A DNA stretch of 64,000 nucleotides from Candidatus Bathyarchaeota archaeon. GTDB taxonomy: Archaea > Thermoproteota > Bathyarchaeia > 40CM-2-53-6 > RBG-13-38-9. Shown here one piece after another: positions 1-11,258 of the stretch. Position numbers and translations under genes: made by a program. The stretch's first letter is position 1, and each line of letters starts with the position of its first letter. The notes beneath the pieces were generated by a model. The model was not told where the DNA came from. It did not search any database and saw only the letters and a program-made list of their open reading frames with translations. The stretch lies in contig CAWECG010000004.1 of assembly GCA_963807605.1 (NCBI GenBank), forward strand, positions 448,001-512,000. The letters run 5' to 3'.

Positions 1-340
1 TATCTCTCTACCCAACTATCTCCAGCGACCTGAAGACCCGCCACGCCAGCCATGTGGATGTAGAACCTTAGGGGCCCCTCTAGTGGAGGATTGTCATGGT
101 AAATAGAGATGAGATGCTTGACCGTTGGATTAGAGCCTCGATGATAAGGAATTTCAAAGCTAGCTGGAAGCCGATTGCACTGGAAAGAGAGGAGACATAT
201 GAGTCTGTGAGACCGGATAAACCATCTCACTCATATAGAGGCAGGCGATCGCCTGAAGGCGTTCTGGTAACAGGGTTCATTCGGTTGAAACCTCTTGGTG
301 AAGGAGACTATTCGAGGCGTGAGTTCAGTGTAGGCAGAGA

Positions 341-631
341 GTGGGGACCGAGAAGCCTCACTACATAATTGACCGTACACGCGGAGTTAAGAGACGAATA
401 TATCCGTCGGACGAAGCTTACAAACAGTGGCTCAATATATTCCCGCCAGAAAGGGTAATAACGAGTCCACCGAGAAGAATCAACCTCGTATTCGAGAACG
501 ACTATGAAATGTGGCTTCTAGAAGCTAAAGCTGACCCAGACAAGCTGGAGGAAGCCCTAGGACAGGTGCTGGTGGACAGAACTCTATTCAAAAAGATAGC
601 ATCTCTCATAAGCCTATTCGACTTGGCATGA
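341..631 (+). CDS. hypothetical protein (may be joined to ORF 96-368 as a decayed gene)
   Basis: 96-aa ORF overlapping upstream ORF; no recognisable motif. Confidence 0.35.
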   Translation: MGTEKPHYIIDRTRGVKRRIYPSDEAYKQWLNIFPPERVITSPPRRINLVFENDYEMWLLEAKADPDKLEEALGQVLVDRTLFKKIASLISLFDLA

Positions 632-706
632 TCTGTAAGGAGTGCCCTCGACATATTGAAGAGACTTGTGAGGAGCTCGACATAACGGTCTTCGAGAGAA
701 CATTGA

Positions 707-1408
707 ATGGTTTTGGGGGAAGCTAAAAGAGAAGGAGAGAAAAGGGTAGACTTGGTATTGACATGGTTAGTTAGACGCAGGGAACATCACAATGTGGACC
801 GATGGCTTCTCATTGGGCCAATCATATTTCTCGTCCTTACGATTGGGATATTTGTTGAGGCGCCTGCATTCTACTTCGGACCCAAGGTACGAAATGTAGA
901 GACCGACTCGTATACTACAATTAACTTCACTGAGATTCTGTATCAGATCCCGCTTATTGTTGCTACGGGCCTTGTCGCAGTCGCCACATATCTTGTATTT
1001 CGCGCAACAAAGGAGATGGCACATAACATTATTAGGCCATTCCTTATCGTAAGGCCTTCCACACCTCATGAAAGAGAAGAATATTTTCTCTGCCGCAACT
1101 TCCCCGATGGCAGTCAGCCAGAGCGGTGGGAATTCATCAATAAGAAAGGCATCATTTTGGAGAACGTGGGTCTTGGTCCTGCTGTGAAGGGTAAAGTCAC
1201 AGTGAGGGTCGACGGAAGATCCATGAGCGAAACTTTCGGTAGACTATATAGATCTGAGGCTGATGGAGAATTTCGCTACTTCTATCCGAGCCCCAGCTCG
1301 CGCAATATTGAGATTCCTGAGGACGTTCACGAGATATCGGTCGGGATGCAGTACTACGACATAGCAGAGAAATACTACTCTCAGAGGGCCCAGCGTATCG
1401 CGGTTTAG
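707..1408 (+). CDS. hypothetical membrane protein (two TM helices plus soluble domain)
   Basis: 233-aa ORF with two hydrophobic segments. Confidence 0.55.
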   Translation: MVLGEAKREGEKRVDLVLTWLVRRREHHNVDRWLLIGPIIFLVLTIGIFVEAPAFYFGPKVRNVETDSYTTINFTEILYQIPLIVATGLVAVATYLVFRATKEMAHNIIRPFLIVRPSTPHEREEYFLCRNFPDGSQPERWEFINKKGIILENVGLGPAVKGKVTVRVDGRSMSETFGRLYRSEADGEFRYFYPSPSSRNIEIPEDVHEISVGMQYYDIAEKYYSQRAQRIAV

Positions 1409-1913
1409 GATTTAGCCATAATAATTTCAATCAATCTCTCATACTAACTGATGCCTACAGTTCATTTCGCCTCTACGCCTACGAACAACATGATAGCGCG
1501 CGCTTTGAGCCTTTTCCTATATGTTTTACCACTGAAAGTCATGTTTAGTCTCCTGTCTCGAATATCCATCAATCTTTGTCCGCACTAGAAATGGACACAC
1601 CTATGTCTCCATTTCCCTGGCAATTATGGAGCATCCCTATTCAATATACATAGAGTGCAGGCGCTTGAGAACTCACCATTAAAAGCGTAATTGTACACGA
1701 GATATCAAGTTTCAAACTAAGTATTCATACCTATTAGAGATGGGAAAGAGAGAGCAAAATACAAGATAACAAGAAATAAGGACAATACAACCACTACATC
1801 CAAACAAGCCAATAAAGAACAAATCGAAGAGAAGGAACGACATATCAAAACACATAATAAAACAAGAAGATAGGACCAACAAAGAGATAACAAACAATAC
1901 AGACAAGATTTGG

Positions 1914-2250
1914 TGTGGGCCCCTCTAGAAGGAGAACACTTGAAAACAGATACCTGCCAAGAGGGGTAGGCTATGCTTCATGGGCGATGGACAGCAGAAG
2001 AGAAGATCAGGATAGTTCTGGAATCATTGAATACCCACATAGGTGTGGCTGAGCTATGCAGGAAATACGCTGTGAACCCAACTGTATTCTACATATGGAA
2101 AGAGAAGTTCATCCAAGGAGGAAAACAGGCTCTCACCCGATCCAGAAGAAATAGTGGGGAAGGGACGCTCCAAGCAGAGAATGAGTGCTTGAAGCAACGA
2201 TCGGTGAACTCACCATAACGAATGATGCATTCAAAAAATTTTGCGTTGAC
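1914..2250 (+). mobile_element. IS3-family-like remnant: OrfA HTH transposase fragment (1973-2218), no OrfB
   Basis: WTAEEKIRIVLE...VAELCRKYAVNPTVFYIWKEKF is an HTH_Tnp_1 signature; candidate TG-initiated left end at 1914. Confidence 0.65.
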
Positions 2251-2609
2251 TACATGAGGATATACATCGTATCCGAGTTCGCTCTCAAGAACATCTCTGA
2301 CGATGGCCCATGTCCTCCCACGTTCATGATTCTCGAAATATGCAACGTTTTCCAGCAACGTTGACTTATGGAACTGCCGGGGGGGGAAGCCTCAATTGTT
2401 CCTGTTACCTGCGCGTAACTAGGAAGCTACAGGATGACCCTAATCGAAGATGTTGTCAAAAAGCTCCAAATAAAAAAAGGCGACAAAGGTCTATTCATGC
2501 TGGATGAAGGGTCAGGACGCATGTACATAAAGAAAGCATAAATTGTCCAAAGCGCGTTTATTCATATTCTGATCAGAAGCGTGTTAGATACGTTCAAGAG
2601 AGGAAACTA

Positions 2610-3173
2610 ATGGTTTGGACGGCTTTCATTTTTCATGGGAATTTGGATGATTTGATGTTATTCGCTGTCGAAACACTGCGGCCTCTTATGAGGAGATTTG
2701 AGGTCGAGAAGTGGATTCAAGGATTCAACTTCAACTTCTATTCAGGTCAAAATACGCACATGAGCTTACGTTTGGATCTTGCCAAGAAACATCAGAGACA
2801 AGCCAGAAAAGAGTTGAGCAAGCTGCCTTTGAAACCTGAGCCTGGAGAATATGTTGAGCAGGATAAGATAGCGAAATTCTATGAATTGGGAAGTAGATGG
2901 GCTTTCCTTCTGTATGAACAGATTGAGAAGAGAAGATTTCAGAAAGAGTGGATCAGAGATGAAAACTTCATACTCGCTTTTCACGCCTTGTGCAATTCAT
3001 TGGGCTTCGGTTACGAGGAGGAAATTGCGACTTACCTTAAGGCCATTAGCAGAATAGGCGACAAACTCGGCAAATTCGATGAAATCAAGGATGATCTAAG
3101 AATGATTAATGAGAAATCTAGACAATGGTTCCTAAAGCAAAAAACCAGCAATCAGGATTCATTTGAAGGGTAA
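2610..3173 (+). CDS. hypothetical protein, possibly stand-alone lantibiotic/thiopeptide dehydratase C-terminal-like domain
   Basis: WIQGFNFNFY..THMSLRL and FHALCNSLGFGYEEE resemble Lant_dehydr_C motifs (judged by eye). Confidence 0.45.
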   Translation: MVWTAFIFHGNLDDLMLFAVETLRPLMRRFEVEKWIQGFNFNFYSGQNTHMSLRLDLAKKHQRQARKELSKLPLKPEPGEYVEQDKIAKFYELGSRWAFLLYEQIEKRRFQKEWIRDENFILAFHALCNSLGFGYEEEIATYLKAISRIGDKLGKFDEIKDDLRMINEKSRQWFLKQKTSNQDSFEG

Positions 3174-3212
3174 ACTCGTGGGCATGGGAAGTATGTATTT
3201 GGTGGTAAACTG

Positions 3213-3867
3213 GTGGGCGAATCCCACTCCACGCACTATAGTACTGGCAAATTAGTATCCATCAACCGCGCAAGTGTGGCGATGTCATAGTATGGTTCAT
3301 TCCAATCCCTGCAATCGGACGCTTCTCGCTCTGATCCCTCGAGGCACTCGAAAATAATCAGGAGTATGTGTGCCCTAGCGGGTTAGAGCACGCGAATTTG
3401 AACTGATGGTTCTTCTTGTGCGTCTTTTGGTGAGGACACAAAAACACGAATCGTATAATAATGTGTGATATCTAAGGAATGCTGATCCTCTGTTAGAAAC
3501 TAGTGTAGTTTAGGGAATCGAACTTTATCCATACCCCGCCCGGAGCTTCATGTTACTAATTAGAGGCTTTTCCGCTCAATTATTATTCATAGTTGTTCCA
3601 GTGAGAAAGAATTTAAGCCACAAAACCGTACTATCCAGAAGAGATGCTTCTGGAATGGGTTTTTCCATGAAAAAAGAGCGGGATTTAGACCCTAATGGGT
3701 TTAAAACCCACCCGGTCCACTATTGCTTGGCTCATTTGACTCTCATGACTTCCGCCCACTATTCAAGCCCTAACCAAAGTGAATTGGCCTAACAGCTGAA
3801 CCGTTCAGATCAGTCAATCTTGATGGTATCTGACCCTTTATTTAGTCCAACACCCGCGGGTCCATTA
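3213..3867 (+). repeat. array 1 of degenerate tRNA 3'-end fragments (3213-3238 Leu-like, 3531-3550 Glu-like, 3696-3722 Ala-like, 3846-3867)
   Basis: e.g. GTGGG-CGAAT-CCCAC-TCCACGC-A-CTA and TGGGTTTAAAACCCAC-CCGGTCC-A-CTA. Confidence 0.6.
3721..3860 (+). repeat. direct repeat A, copy 1 (copy 2 at 17698-17837)
   Basis: 131/140 identity by manual alignment. Confidence 0.9.
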
Positions 3868-4129
3868 TGATGTACTTGTTGGACGCGCCCGAGATTGTTT
3901 TGCCAGTATTATGTGAGCCACAATTATAGCTAGACTTTGTACAGATTAACACTTCATTCAAACTATGCGTATCATAAGGGTTCCACGCGACTCCTTTCAT
4001 GTATAGACATGACATAAATGCTCAGTTGCCAAAGAACACGAGGTTTCAAAGAACGAGTGAAACGCGTCTAAGAGACACGGAGCGCACGAAGGGGGTTTAG
4101 CACAAGGAGAGTGAAGAACTACCGCCTTT

Positions 4130-4657
4130 TTGGTGATCCGTATGGACGTCATCGTTGACGATTTGGACATTAAGATTCTCAGAGAGTACTTGAAAGATGC
4201 TCGGCTTTCATGCAGGGAGGTAGCAAGGAGGCTCCACACCTCAATCAAAACGGTTCTTGTGAGGCTTCATGAACTGGAGAAAGAAGGTGTAGTTAAAGGA
4301 TACTCAGTAGTTCTAGATTATGAGAAGCTTGACTTCACTATCACAGCCATCATTGAGGTCGTTGTCTCGAGAGGACGACTGATTGAGATGGCGGAGCAGA
4401 TCGTTAGGTTACCCAATACCATAGCAGTTTACGATGTGACAGGCGACACAGATGCAATAGTGATCTCCAAGTTCAAGAGTATGGATGACTTGAGCACTTT
4501 CACAAAGTGGATGTTGAAACTGCCCTCCATAGAAAGAATAAACACCCACGTTGTCCTGACATCCCTCAAGGAAGACCTAAGACTGGATCCGCAAGTAAAA
4601 GAAGGGCCCGCCGTAATGTTCAATAGACATCCAAATTCCCTTTGTGCTGAGCTTTAG
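4130..4657 (+). CDS. Lrp/AsnC family transcriptional regulator
   Basis: DDLDIKIL...DARLSCREVAR HTH; VYDVTGDTD RAM domain. Confidence 0.9.
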   Translation: MVIRMDVIVDDLDIKILREYLKDARLSCREVARRLHTSIKTVLVRLHELEKEGVVKGYSVVLDYEKLDFTITAIIEVVVSRGRLIEMAEQIVRLPNTIAVYDVTGDTDAIVISKFKSMDDLSTFTKWMLKLPSIERINTHVVLTSLKEDLRLDPQVKEGPAVMFNRHPNSLCAEL

Positions 4658-4696
4658 GCATTAGCGTGTACACAAAAAACGATCAGATCACGCTAA

Positions 4697-5626
4697 TCAA
4701 TACTTCCTTATTCCACTGAAGGATGCGTTTAGTATAGTCCTCCTCGTGATGTCGACTGCCCGATAGATTGTATTCCTGATCTCGTCAGCCACCTCGCTCA
4801 ACATTCTGACCAATACACCTGAGTTGTGAGGGAGACTCGTTGCACCTCCCAAAATGTTAGGAGTTTGTTTCAGACTGGCATTTATTTCATCGACCAGTTG
4901 TTTTACGTAGTCCTGTTTTGTAATTATGTACAGACTGCCTACAACAGACTTCTCGCCGAGTATTCCCAAGGTCTTAAGGTTGAATTTCTTTGGTTCTAAT
5001 ATGAAGATGTCTGTAAATTGTATAAGATTATTCTGATTTGTCGCCTGTGTTTTCAGGTAGCAAACATCATATTCGAATGATTCACCGCTCGCGACCCTGC
5101 CAGGGGTTAATATTTCCGAATATAACGCTGTTCCGTTATCGTGGACTTTCAATGCTGTCGTTTGGTAGAACCGTGAATTGCGGTAGGGGATTATTTGGTC
5201 AGGGATGTACTCAAAATAGCAACCGTCATCTACGAAAATAGTAACGACTTGCGTGGCATAATTTCGCTCCATCCTGTATATTCTGGTTGCACCTTGAGTG
5301 GTGATATGGGCGCAAGCGTTTTTAGTTAAAGATAAGTCGATTCGATACCTATCGCCCTGCAGTATCCCGCCGGAGGCAGTCATCACATACACATACGCCA
5401 TTGAAGGGAGCGACTCTTCCAAATAGAGAGCTTTCTGAGTGAAAAGAGGCACTTTAGCGAACTGATCCTTAATCACCGTCTTTCCTATTTCAGGGTTATT
5501 TTCCAATAGAAGTACCAATGCACCTAGTTTACCAGCTCTTCCAGGCTTCAGTTGCAGCAGTTCCGATTCGTACGCCAAAATCTCAGGCGGAATATCTTCT
5601 GGCGTATAGAATTCTACATCATACAT
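4697..5626 (-). CDS. ureD: urease accessory protein UreD
   Basis: SGGILQGD, TTQGATRIY, IIPYRNSRF, PGRVASGESF. Confidence 0.92.
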   Translation of the reverse strand: MYDVEFYTPEDIPPEILAYESELLQLKPGRAGKLGALVLLLENNPEIGKTVIKDQFAKVPLFTQKALYLEESLPSMAYVYVMTASGGILQGDRYRIDLSLTKNACAHITTQGATRIYRMERNYATQVVTIFVDDGCYFEYIPDQIIPYRNSRFYQTTALKVHDNGTALYSEILTPGRVASGESFEYDVCYLKTQATNQNNLIQFTDIFILEPKKFNLKTLGILGEKSVVGSLYIITKQDYVKQLVDEINASLKQTPNILGGATSLPHNSGVLVRMLSEVADEIRNTIYRAVDITRRTILNASFSGIRKY

Positions 5627-5631
5627 TTCCT

Positions 5632-6309
5632 TTATCCATTCGTCACCAATTCTTTTGGAGGAGCGTCAAAGATGACGTCTCGTATTATATGTTCGACAAC
5701 TTTGTCGATATTTTGGTCTGTCTTACAGTTGATGAATAGGTATGGTTTGTCACGTCTTATCACCTTGGCATCTCGTTCCATCACTGAGAGATCCGCCCCG
5801 ACATACGGGGCAAGGTCTATCTTGTTGATAAGGAGTAGATCGCAGTTCTCTATCCCTAACCCCCTCTTCCTTGGATACTTATCCCCTCCGGCAACGTCTA
5901 TGATGTAGATGAAATAATCCGCGAGGGCCGGGCTAAAGGTGGTAGTAATGTTGTCCCCCCCGCTCTCTATGAGTATAAGATCCAATTCACTGTGTTCTGA
6001 CTCCATTTCCTCAACTAGGGATAGATTCATCGATGGGTCTTCCCGAATTGCTGTGTGAGGGCAGCCTCCTACTGCCAATCCTACTACCAAATCTTCAGGT
6101 ACTAGACCTCTTTCGAATGACAGGTTCTTTCGCATCCTATCAGCATCTTCTTTGGAGACGACGTCGTTCGAAATTATGCCTACTTTGTATCTTCTCTCTG
6201 CAAGATATGGAACGACCCGCTCTATCAGGGCAGTCTTTCCAGAACCAACAGGACCGCCGATTCCGACTCTCGGTATATGTTTCAAACTTTGCATTTTCAC
6301 AGGCCTCAA
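5632..6309 (-). CDS. ureG: urease accessory GTPase UreG
   Basis: GGPVGSGKT, GGCPHTAIRED, ESGGDN, NKID. Confidence 0.96.
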   Translation of the reverse strand: MRPVKMQSLKHIPRVGIGGPVGSGKTALIERVVPYLAERRYKVGIISNDVVSKEDADRMRKNLSFERGLVPEDLVVGLAVGGCPHTAIREDPSMNLSLVEEMESEHSELDLILIESGGDNITTTFSPALADYFIYIIDVAGGDKYPRKRGLGIENCDLLLINKIDLAPYVGADLSVMERDAKVIRRDKPYLFINCKTDQNIDKVVEHIIRDVIFDAPPKELVTNG

Positions 6310-7037
6310 GTCGCAAACATTCTGACTGGTAACTCTTCATGAGCAATTTGCGCTATATCGATTACAGGGGCAAACTGCCACATATCCGACAGTTTCCTGC
6401 TGATATTCTTCTTTACGGTTTCCAATATCAGGGGTTTTAACTGATTGATTATTCTCTGGGCTTCAAAATGATCCACCATGCCCAGCCTTAGAGCTGCCCC
6501 GACGATGCTGGCGACGAAGGAATATATCAATACCATGCCAGCCCTACTCTTTGGGATTTCGAAGATGGCGCAAGCCAAAGCCAGCGCTACTGGATAGATT
6601 CCTGTGACCTGCCCGTTTTGAACGGCACTTTGATAATCGTCGAGAGCTCTGTTACCTCTAATAAATGATCCTAAACATTTCAGTACTTGTCTACCTGATC
6701 TGACTGAGGTTTCCCTAATCTCGCGGACAAGCTTCATTGAGTAAATTAGCTGATCTGCCTCTTTCAATTTCTCAAAATCAAAGTTCTTGACAAATTCGTA
6801 GGCGTTGCCAAGGACTACGCAGTCCGCAGGACCAATCTGGTTTTCAATGTATGCTTTTAGAAGATCCTGCAGCTTGTCAGCAGTCCTCACTTTCTTCTCG
6901 TAAAAAAATGTCTCAAGCCCGCTCGATGTCAAAAACATGCCGGTCGGGAAGAGTGAGTCTGAAAGTTGCAACATACTAATGTCGCATTCATTAATTTCAT
7001 CAGTGTTCATGCTCTTCCATTCCTTTGCTCGGTTCAA
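6306..7037 (-). CDS. ureF: urease accessory protein UreF
   Basis: LQLSDSLFPTG..SSGLE, AALRLG, HEELPVRMFAT. Confidence 0.93.
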   Translation of the reverse strand: MNRAKEWKSMNTDEINECDISMLQLSDSLFPTGMFLTSSGLETFFYEKKVRTADKLQDLLKAYIENQIGPADCVVLGNAYEFVKNFDFEKLKEADQLIYSMKLVREIRETSVRSGRQVLKCLGSFIRGNRALDDYQSAVQNGQVTGIYPVALALACAIFEIPKSRAGMVLIYSFVASIVGAALRLGMVDHFEAQRIINQLKPLILETVKKNISRKLSDMWQFAPVIDIAQIAHEELPVRMFAT

Positions 7038-7515
7038 ATACCATCGTTTCTTTTGTTATTTGAAGATGGTCAGATATTGGGGCAAAAAGTAAATTTAGCA
7101 TATCAATTTCGCTGTCGGCTTGAATTGGCAGGTAGATCTTATAGTCGTCAATACTTATTGGGCGATGTAGATTACCAAGAGCATGCCCTATCTTCACAGT
7201 AAGTTCAAAGCACTCATGATCTTCATGATGATCTTTCATCTGGATTACCGCTACACGCTCTGGCTCTATCTCCACAACGATCATTTTTTCTTTCTCAAGA
7301 AAAATCACATCCCCGTTCCTCATGATTGTGCCGGGTGCCAGTTGAATCCCAACATCCGTGCCTTCGTCAGTCTTCTTCCTCATCCTGATGCGCTGTGATT
7401 CCAGCCTGCTTATTCTCAGCTTCTCACAAAGATGATTCTTGCACATCGTCCTATACTTTTCATCGAGTTTCGCATCATCCTTTATGTTACCAATAACTGA
7501 TTGAGCCAAAATCAT
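7000..7515 (-). CDS. ureE: urease accessory Ni chaperone UreE
   Basis: GHALGNLH motif, His-rich segments. Confidence 0.92.
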   Translation of the reverse strand: MILAQSVIGNIKDDAKLDEKYRTMCKNHLCEKLRISRLESQRIRMRKKTDEGTDVGIQLAPGTIMRNGDVIFLEKEKMIVVEIEPERVAVIQMKDHHEDHECFELTVKIGHALGNLHRPISIDDYKIYLPIQADSEIDMLNLLFAPISDHLQITKETMVFEPSKGMEEHEH

Positions 7516-7889
7516 TTCTTATCATCTTTCTTCCGTTTTCTGGATTTGCGGAGCTTTCCCACTCGCTTTCTCATCTCGTCAAGTCTCTGTGCATAATCAA
7601 CGGATCCCAAGTGGGCAAACGCCTCTCTGTGTACGGTAGCGAATATGAATCCTTCATCTCTGAATCTGATTTTTGCTCCTCTTTCGAATTTCTCCGCGAT
7701 GATGCAGAGAGCAAGTCGGTGATCTGGAAAATCAAGGTTTAGATGCGTCAAGGTGTCAACTGGGCCGGACATGTCGTCTATCTGTTTTGCTCTGACTGTT
7801 ACATGCCGTATTCTGGTTGGATCCAAAACGTAGAGACTTTCGTTAACATTGTTGCTCTCGACGCAGTGGCGCACTAACGAGGTTTTCAC
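7512..7889 (-). CDS. hypothetical protein translationally coupled within the urease cluster
   Basis: 125 aa; 4-bp overlaps with both neighbours. Confidence 0.7.
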   Translation of the reverse strand: MKTSLVRHCVESNNVNESLYVLDPTRIRHVTVRAKQIDDMSGPVDTLTHLNLDFPDHRLALCIIAEKFERGAKIRFRDEGFIFATVHREAFAHLGSVDYAQRLDEMRKRVGKLRKSRKRKKDDKK

Positions 7890-9461
7890 CTCTTGATTTC
7901 AGAGACGGCTTGAGTGGTAAGTTCTTCTGCAGCCAGGTTCCTGTCAATCCGTAGAACGGATTTGGCTATTTCTCCTGCAGACTCTAGAGCAGTTGTCTTG
8001 ACTAGAAGAGGGTCAATAATGCCTCTTTTCCACATGTCTATTAATTCGCCGCTCTCTATGTCTATGCCAAAACCTTCTGGCGATGCTTTCACAGCCATGA
8101 CTTTTTCAAGCCCGTTGAAACCGGCATTTGTCAGTATCTGACGCATTATGCTCTCAAGTGCCGCAATCACGACATCGAGGCCAATACTTTCCAAACCTTT
8201 CAAGTTAACATTCTTGACTTTTTTTATTAAGTGAAGTTCTGCAGCGCCACCACCGGCGACAACTCCTGTGTTCAGAGCTGCTTCAGCAGCATTGACGCCA
8301 TCTCTAGTGGCCCTCCACCTTTCAAGGGATGTTTCTTTTGTTGCCCCAGATATGATGATGGTAACTATGTTCTTGCCTGACCCATTTTCTATGTATACTA
8401 CACCTTCCTTCTCGTCCTCATAGATGCGGTCTGCTTCCCCCAGGATGTCGGGTTGCTTTAGGTCTTCAAGCATTCTTACCAGCTTTGCGCGTGTATGCCG
8501 TGCTAGGTGTTCTATCTCATCTGTGGAAATTCGGATTGCGAACACTTTGTTCTTGATAAGCAAATTCTCAATGAACTCATCCACCTCGGGAGATGCGATA
8601 AGAAGGGTGTTGACGCCGGTGGCTAGGATTTCATTCACTATTTCTTTCGATTTTCTGATTCGGTCATTTTCCATAGCGGCTATATCGTCATATTTGTTGC
8701 TGTCTTTCATCCATTGTTCTTTGATAGGCTTCAGGTCAAGCTTGCACAACATTATCTTTGGAGTTTTGACCTCCTTGGGCATATCAACGTCCATTCTCTT
8801 TCTTTCCAAGACGATGCCATCGACGACTCTATCCTTCATATTCAGTTTCCTAATGACCATTACAGCCTTGTCGAAGTCATATTTCCCGTCAAATAATGCG
8901 TTATCACCAATAGACCTTATTGCGGATATTACTAAGGGCGCGAGTATTTGTCCATCCAGTTTTGATGCTAAGGAAGTTCTAACAACTTGTTCGAGCTCAA
9001 TTTCATTTATCTTGATTCTTTTTTGCTTCTTCTTCCATCATCTTACAGGCATACTTTACTCCGCTATCTATGCCGCCGACGATCTTTGATGGATGGACCC
9101 CCAGTTCTTTTATGAATTTTTTACCTTCCTTAATCATTTCTGCGGCCATGACTACTGCCGTAGTGGTGCCATCGCCGACCATTTCTTCCTGTCTTTCCGC
9201 TATCTCCACAATCATCCTTGCTACAGGATGTATCGTCTTCAGGGAGAGAAGGATTGTTACTCCATCATTAGTGACGTGTCTGTTCAAAGTCTGATCTATG
9301 AGGAGTTTATCCAGTCCTTTGGGGCCCAAAGTTGTCCTAACTGTTTCAGCTACAGCTACTACGGCATTGCAGTTGGACTCTAGAGCGTCCATCTCCACAT
9401 TTTGAGCCACAGGCCGCCAAACACTATGACCTGGACTAGACACCATTATCCCCCTTTCCAT
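7886..9461 (-). pseudogene. thermosome-like (TCP-1/cpn60) chaperonin, interrupted by a +1 frameshift in the A6 run at ~9019-9024
   Basis: TLGPKG, TNDGVTI, GDGTTT, AGGGAAE, GIIDP; removing one A joins ORFs 9003-9461 and 7886-8860 through a stop-free linker. Confidence 0.85.
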
Positions 9462-9477
9462 TAGGAAATAGGTACTT

Positions 9478-9506
9478 AAAAAAAGGAGTGCGCGCGTAGG
9501 CGCGCA
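9478..9506 (-). terminator. hairpin plus T-tract downstream of ureC
   Basis: TGCGCGC-CTAC-GCGCGCA followed by CTCC-T7 on the minus strand. Confidence 0.55.
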
Positions 9507-9524
9507 TATGTTTGATCGGGTATG

Positions 9525-11252
9525 TCACGCCATGAAGTACCTTTGGGCCAAGGCTAGCTCTTTCGCCGGTTCTACTGTAGCAATCTCTCCGTCAAGTCTT
9601 ACCTCGTAGGTTTCAGGGTCTACTGTTATCTTGGGAGTACTATCGTTCCACACCATGTTCTTCTTGCCTATGTTCCGGCAGTTCTTTACTGGCAATATGA
9701 CCTTTTCGAGTCCTAACTTTTGAGGCACTCCAAGCTCTGCGGCTGCTTTTGATATGAATGTGAAGCTAGTTTTCTTTACTGCCCGACCGAGTGCACCGAA
9801 CATTGGTCTGTAGTAAACCGGCTCCGGAGTTGGTAGGGACGCATTCGGATCTCCCATTATAGACCAAGCTATGAATCCTCCCTTGAAGATCATCTTTGGT
9901 TTCGCTGCAAAGAAGGGCGCCTGATACATTACTATATCTGCGTACTTACCGACTTCAAGGGAGCCGAGATATTCTGCAACACCATGAGTGATTGCTGGGT
10001 TTATTGTTGTCTTTGCGATGTACCGCTTAGCTCTAAAGTTGTCGTTCTCCGGGGAGTCTTCCTTCAGCTTGCCGGTCATCTTTTTCATCTTGTCCGCAGT
10101 CTGCCAGCAACGGATTACTACCTCCCCAATCCTACCCATAGCTTGACTGTCTGCGGAGTACATGCTCAAGACACCTTTATCATGCAGAACATCCTCTGCA
10201 GCGATTGTTTCGGCTCTGATTCTGGATTCTGCAAAGGCGACATCCTCTGATACCGCAGGATTCAGGTGATGACAGAACATCAACATGTCCAGATGCTCAT
10301 CCACTGTATTGACAGTATAAGGTCTTGTCGGGTTTGTTGAAGAAGGAAGTACGTTTGGCTCTCCTGCTATCTTCATAATATCGGGCGCGTGACCTCCGCC
10401 AGCTCCCTCTGTGTGGTAGGTGTGTATTGTTCTACCGTCGATCGCATTTATCGTGTCCTCGACGTAACCGCATTCGTTAATCGAGTCGGTGTGTATCGCC
10501 ACTTGTGTATCCGTGAGGTCCGCTGCTCTAAGCGAAGCGTCTATAACTGCGGCGGTTGTCCCCCAATCCTCATGGTCTTTAAGACCGCATGCTCCAGCCT
10601 CTATCTGTTCCAGCTGAGTGGCGAGTGTTGGGTGTGAGTCGTTGCCTTTGCCCAGGAAGCCCCAGTTCATCGGTGTATCCTCTACAGCTTCCAACATTCT
10701 ATGCATGTTAAAGACGCCAGGAGTACATGTAGTAGCGTTGGTACCGTCTGCAGGCCCGGTTCCTCCACCGATCATATTGCATATTCCATTACTTATCGCG
10801 TCGACGTATTGCTGTGGGCTTATCATGTGAACGTGTGTATCAAAATGACCTGGAGTGCAGATTGTATGTTCCCCGGCGGTGGCTTCCGTACATGCCGAGA
10901 CTACCATGTGAGGATCAACGCCATCCATTACATTGGGATTGCCGCCTTTTCCAATCCCTGCTATTTTGCCGTCTTTTATCCCGATATCGGCCTTCAGGAT
11001 TCCCAGGATAGGATCTAGTATGATGGAATTGGTGATTATGAAATCCAAAGCCCCATTCGCATTTGTAACTCCTGGCGTTTGGCCTAGTCCATCTCTTATT
11101 GTCTTGCCTCCACCGAAGACCTCCTCGTCTCCGTGGGTTATCAGATCTTTCTCTATCTCGATGAGTAGGTCTGTGTCACCTAGTCTTACTTTATCTCCGG
11201 TTGTGGGCCCATAAAGATCACTGTACTGTTTTCTTGTTAGTTTCAAAACCAT
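9525..11252 (-). CDS. ureC: urease subunit alpha
   Basis: [51 protein letters not shown]. Confidence 0.98.
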   Translation of the reverse strand: MVLKLTRKQYSDLYGPTTGDKVRLGDTDLLIEIEKDLITHGDEEVFGGGKTIRDGLGQTPGVTNANGALDFIITNSIILDPILGILKADIGIKDGKIAGIGKGGNPNVMDGVDPHMVVSACTEATAGEHTICTPGHFDTHVHMISPQQYVDAISNGICNMIGGGTGPADGTNATTCTPGVFNMHRMLEAVEDTPMNWGFLGKGNDSHPTLATQLEQIEAGACGLKDHEDWGTTAAVIDASLRAADLTDTQVAIHTDSINECGYVEDTINAIDGRTIHTYHTEGAGGGHAPDIMKIAGEPNVLPSSTNPTRPYTVNTVDEHLDMLMFCHHLNPAVSEDVAFAESRIRAETIAAEDVLHDKGVLSMYSADSQAMGRIGEVVIRCWQTADKMKKMTGKLKEDSPENDNFRAKRYIAKTTINPAITHGVAEYLGSLEVGKYADIVMYQAPFFAAKPKMIFKGGFIAWSIMGDPNASLPTPEPVYYRPMFGALGRAVKKTSFTFISKAAAELGVPQKLGLEKVILPVKNCRNIGKKNMVWNDSTPKITVDPETYEVRLDGEIATVEPAKELALAQRYFMA

Positions 11253-11258
11253 TTTTCT

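Noticed and set aside
1712-1906. Hydrophobic 64-aa ORF
   Set aside because: Arises from an A-rich low-complexity tract on the + strand, probably a decayed gene cut by the IS remnant.
72-1936. GGGCCCCTCTAG..GGAG at 72 and 1917 as paired IS ends
   Set aside because: Same orientation and only ~12-16 bp; cannot define an element.
9016-9026. Programmed -1 frameshift at A AAA AAG in the chaperonin
   Set aside because: The downstream frame is +1, not -1; a homopolymer indel is simpler.
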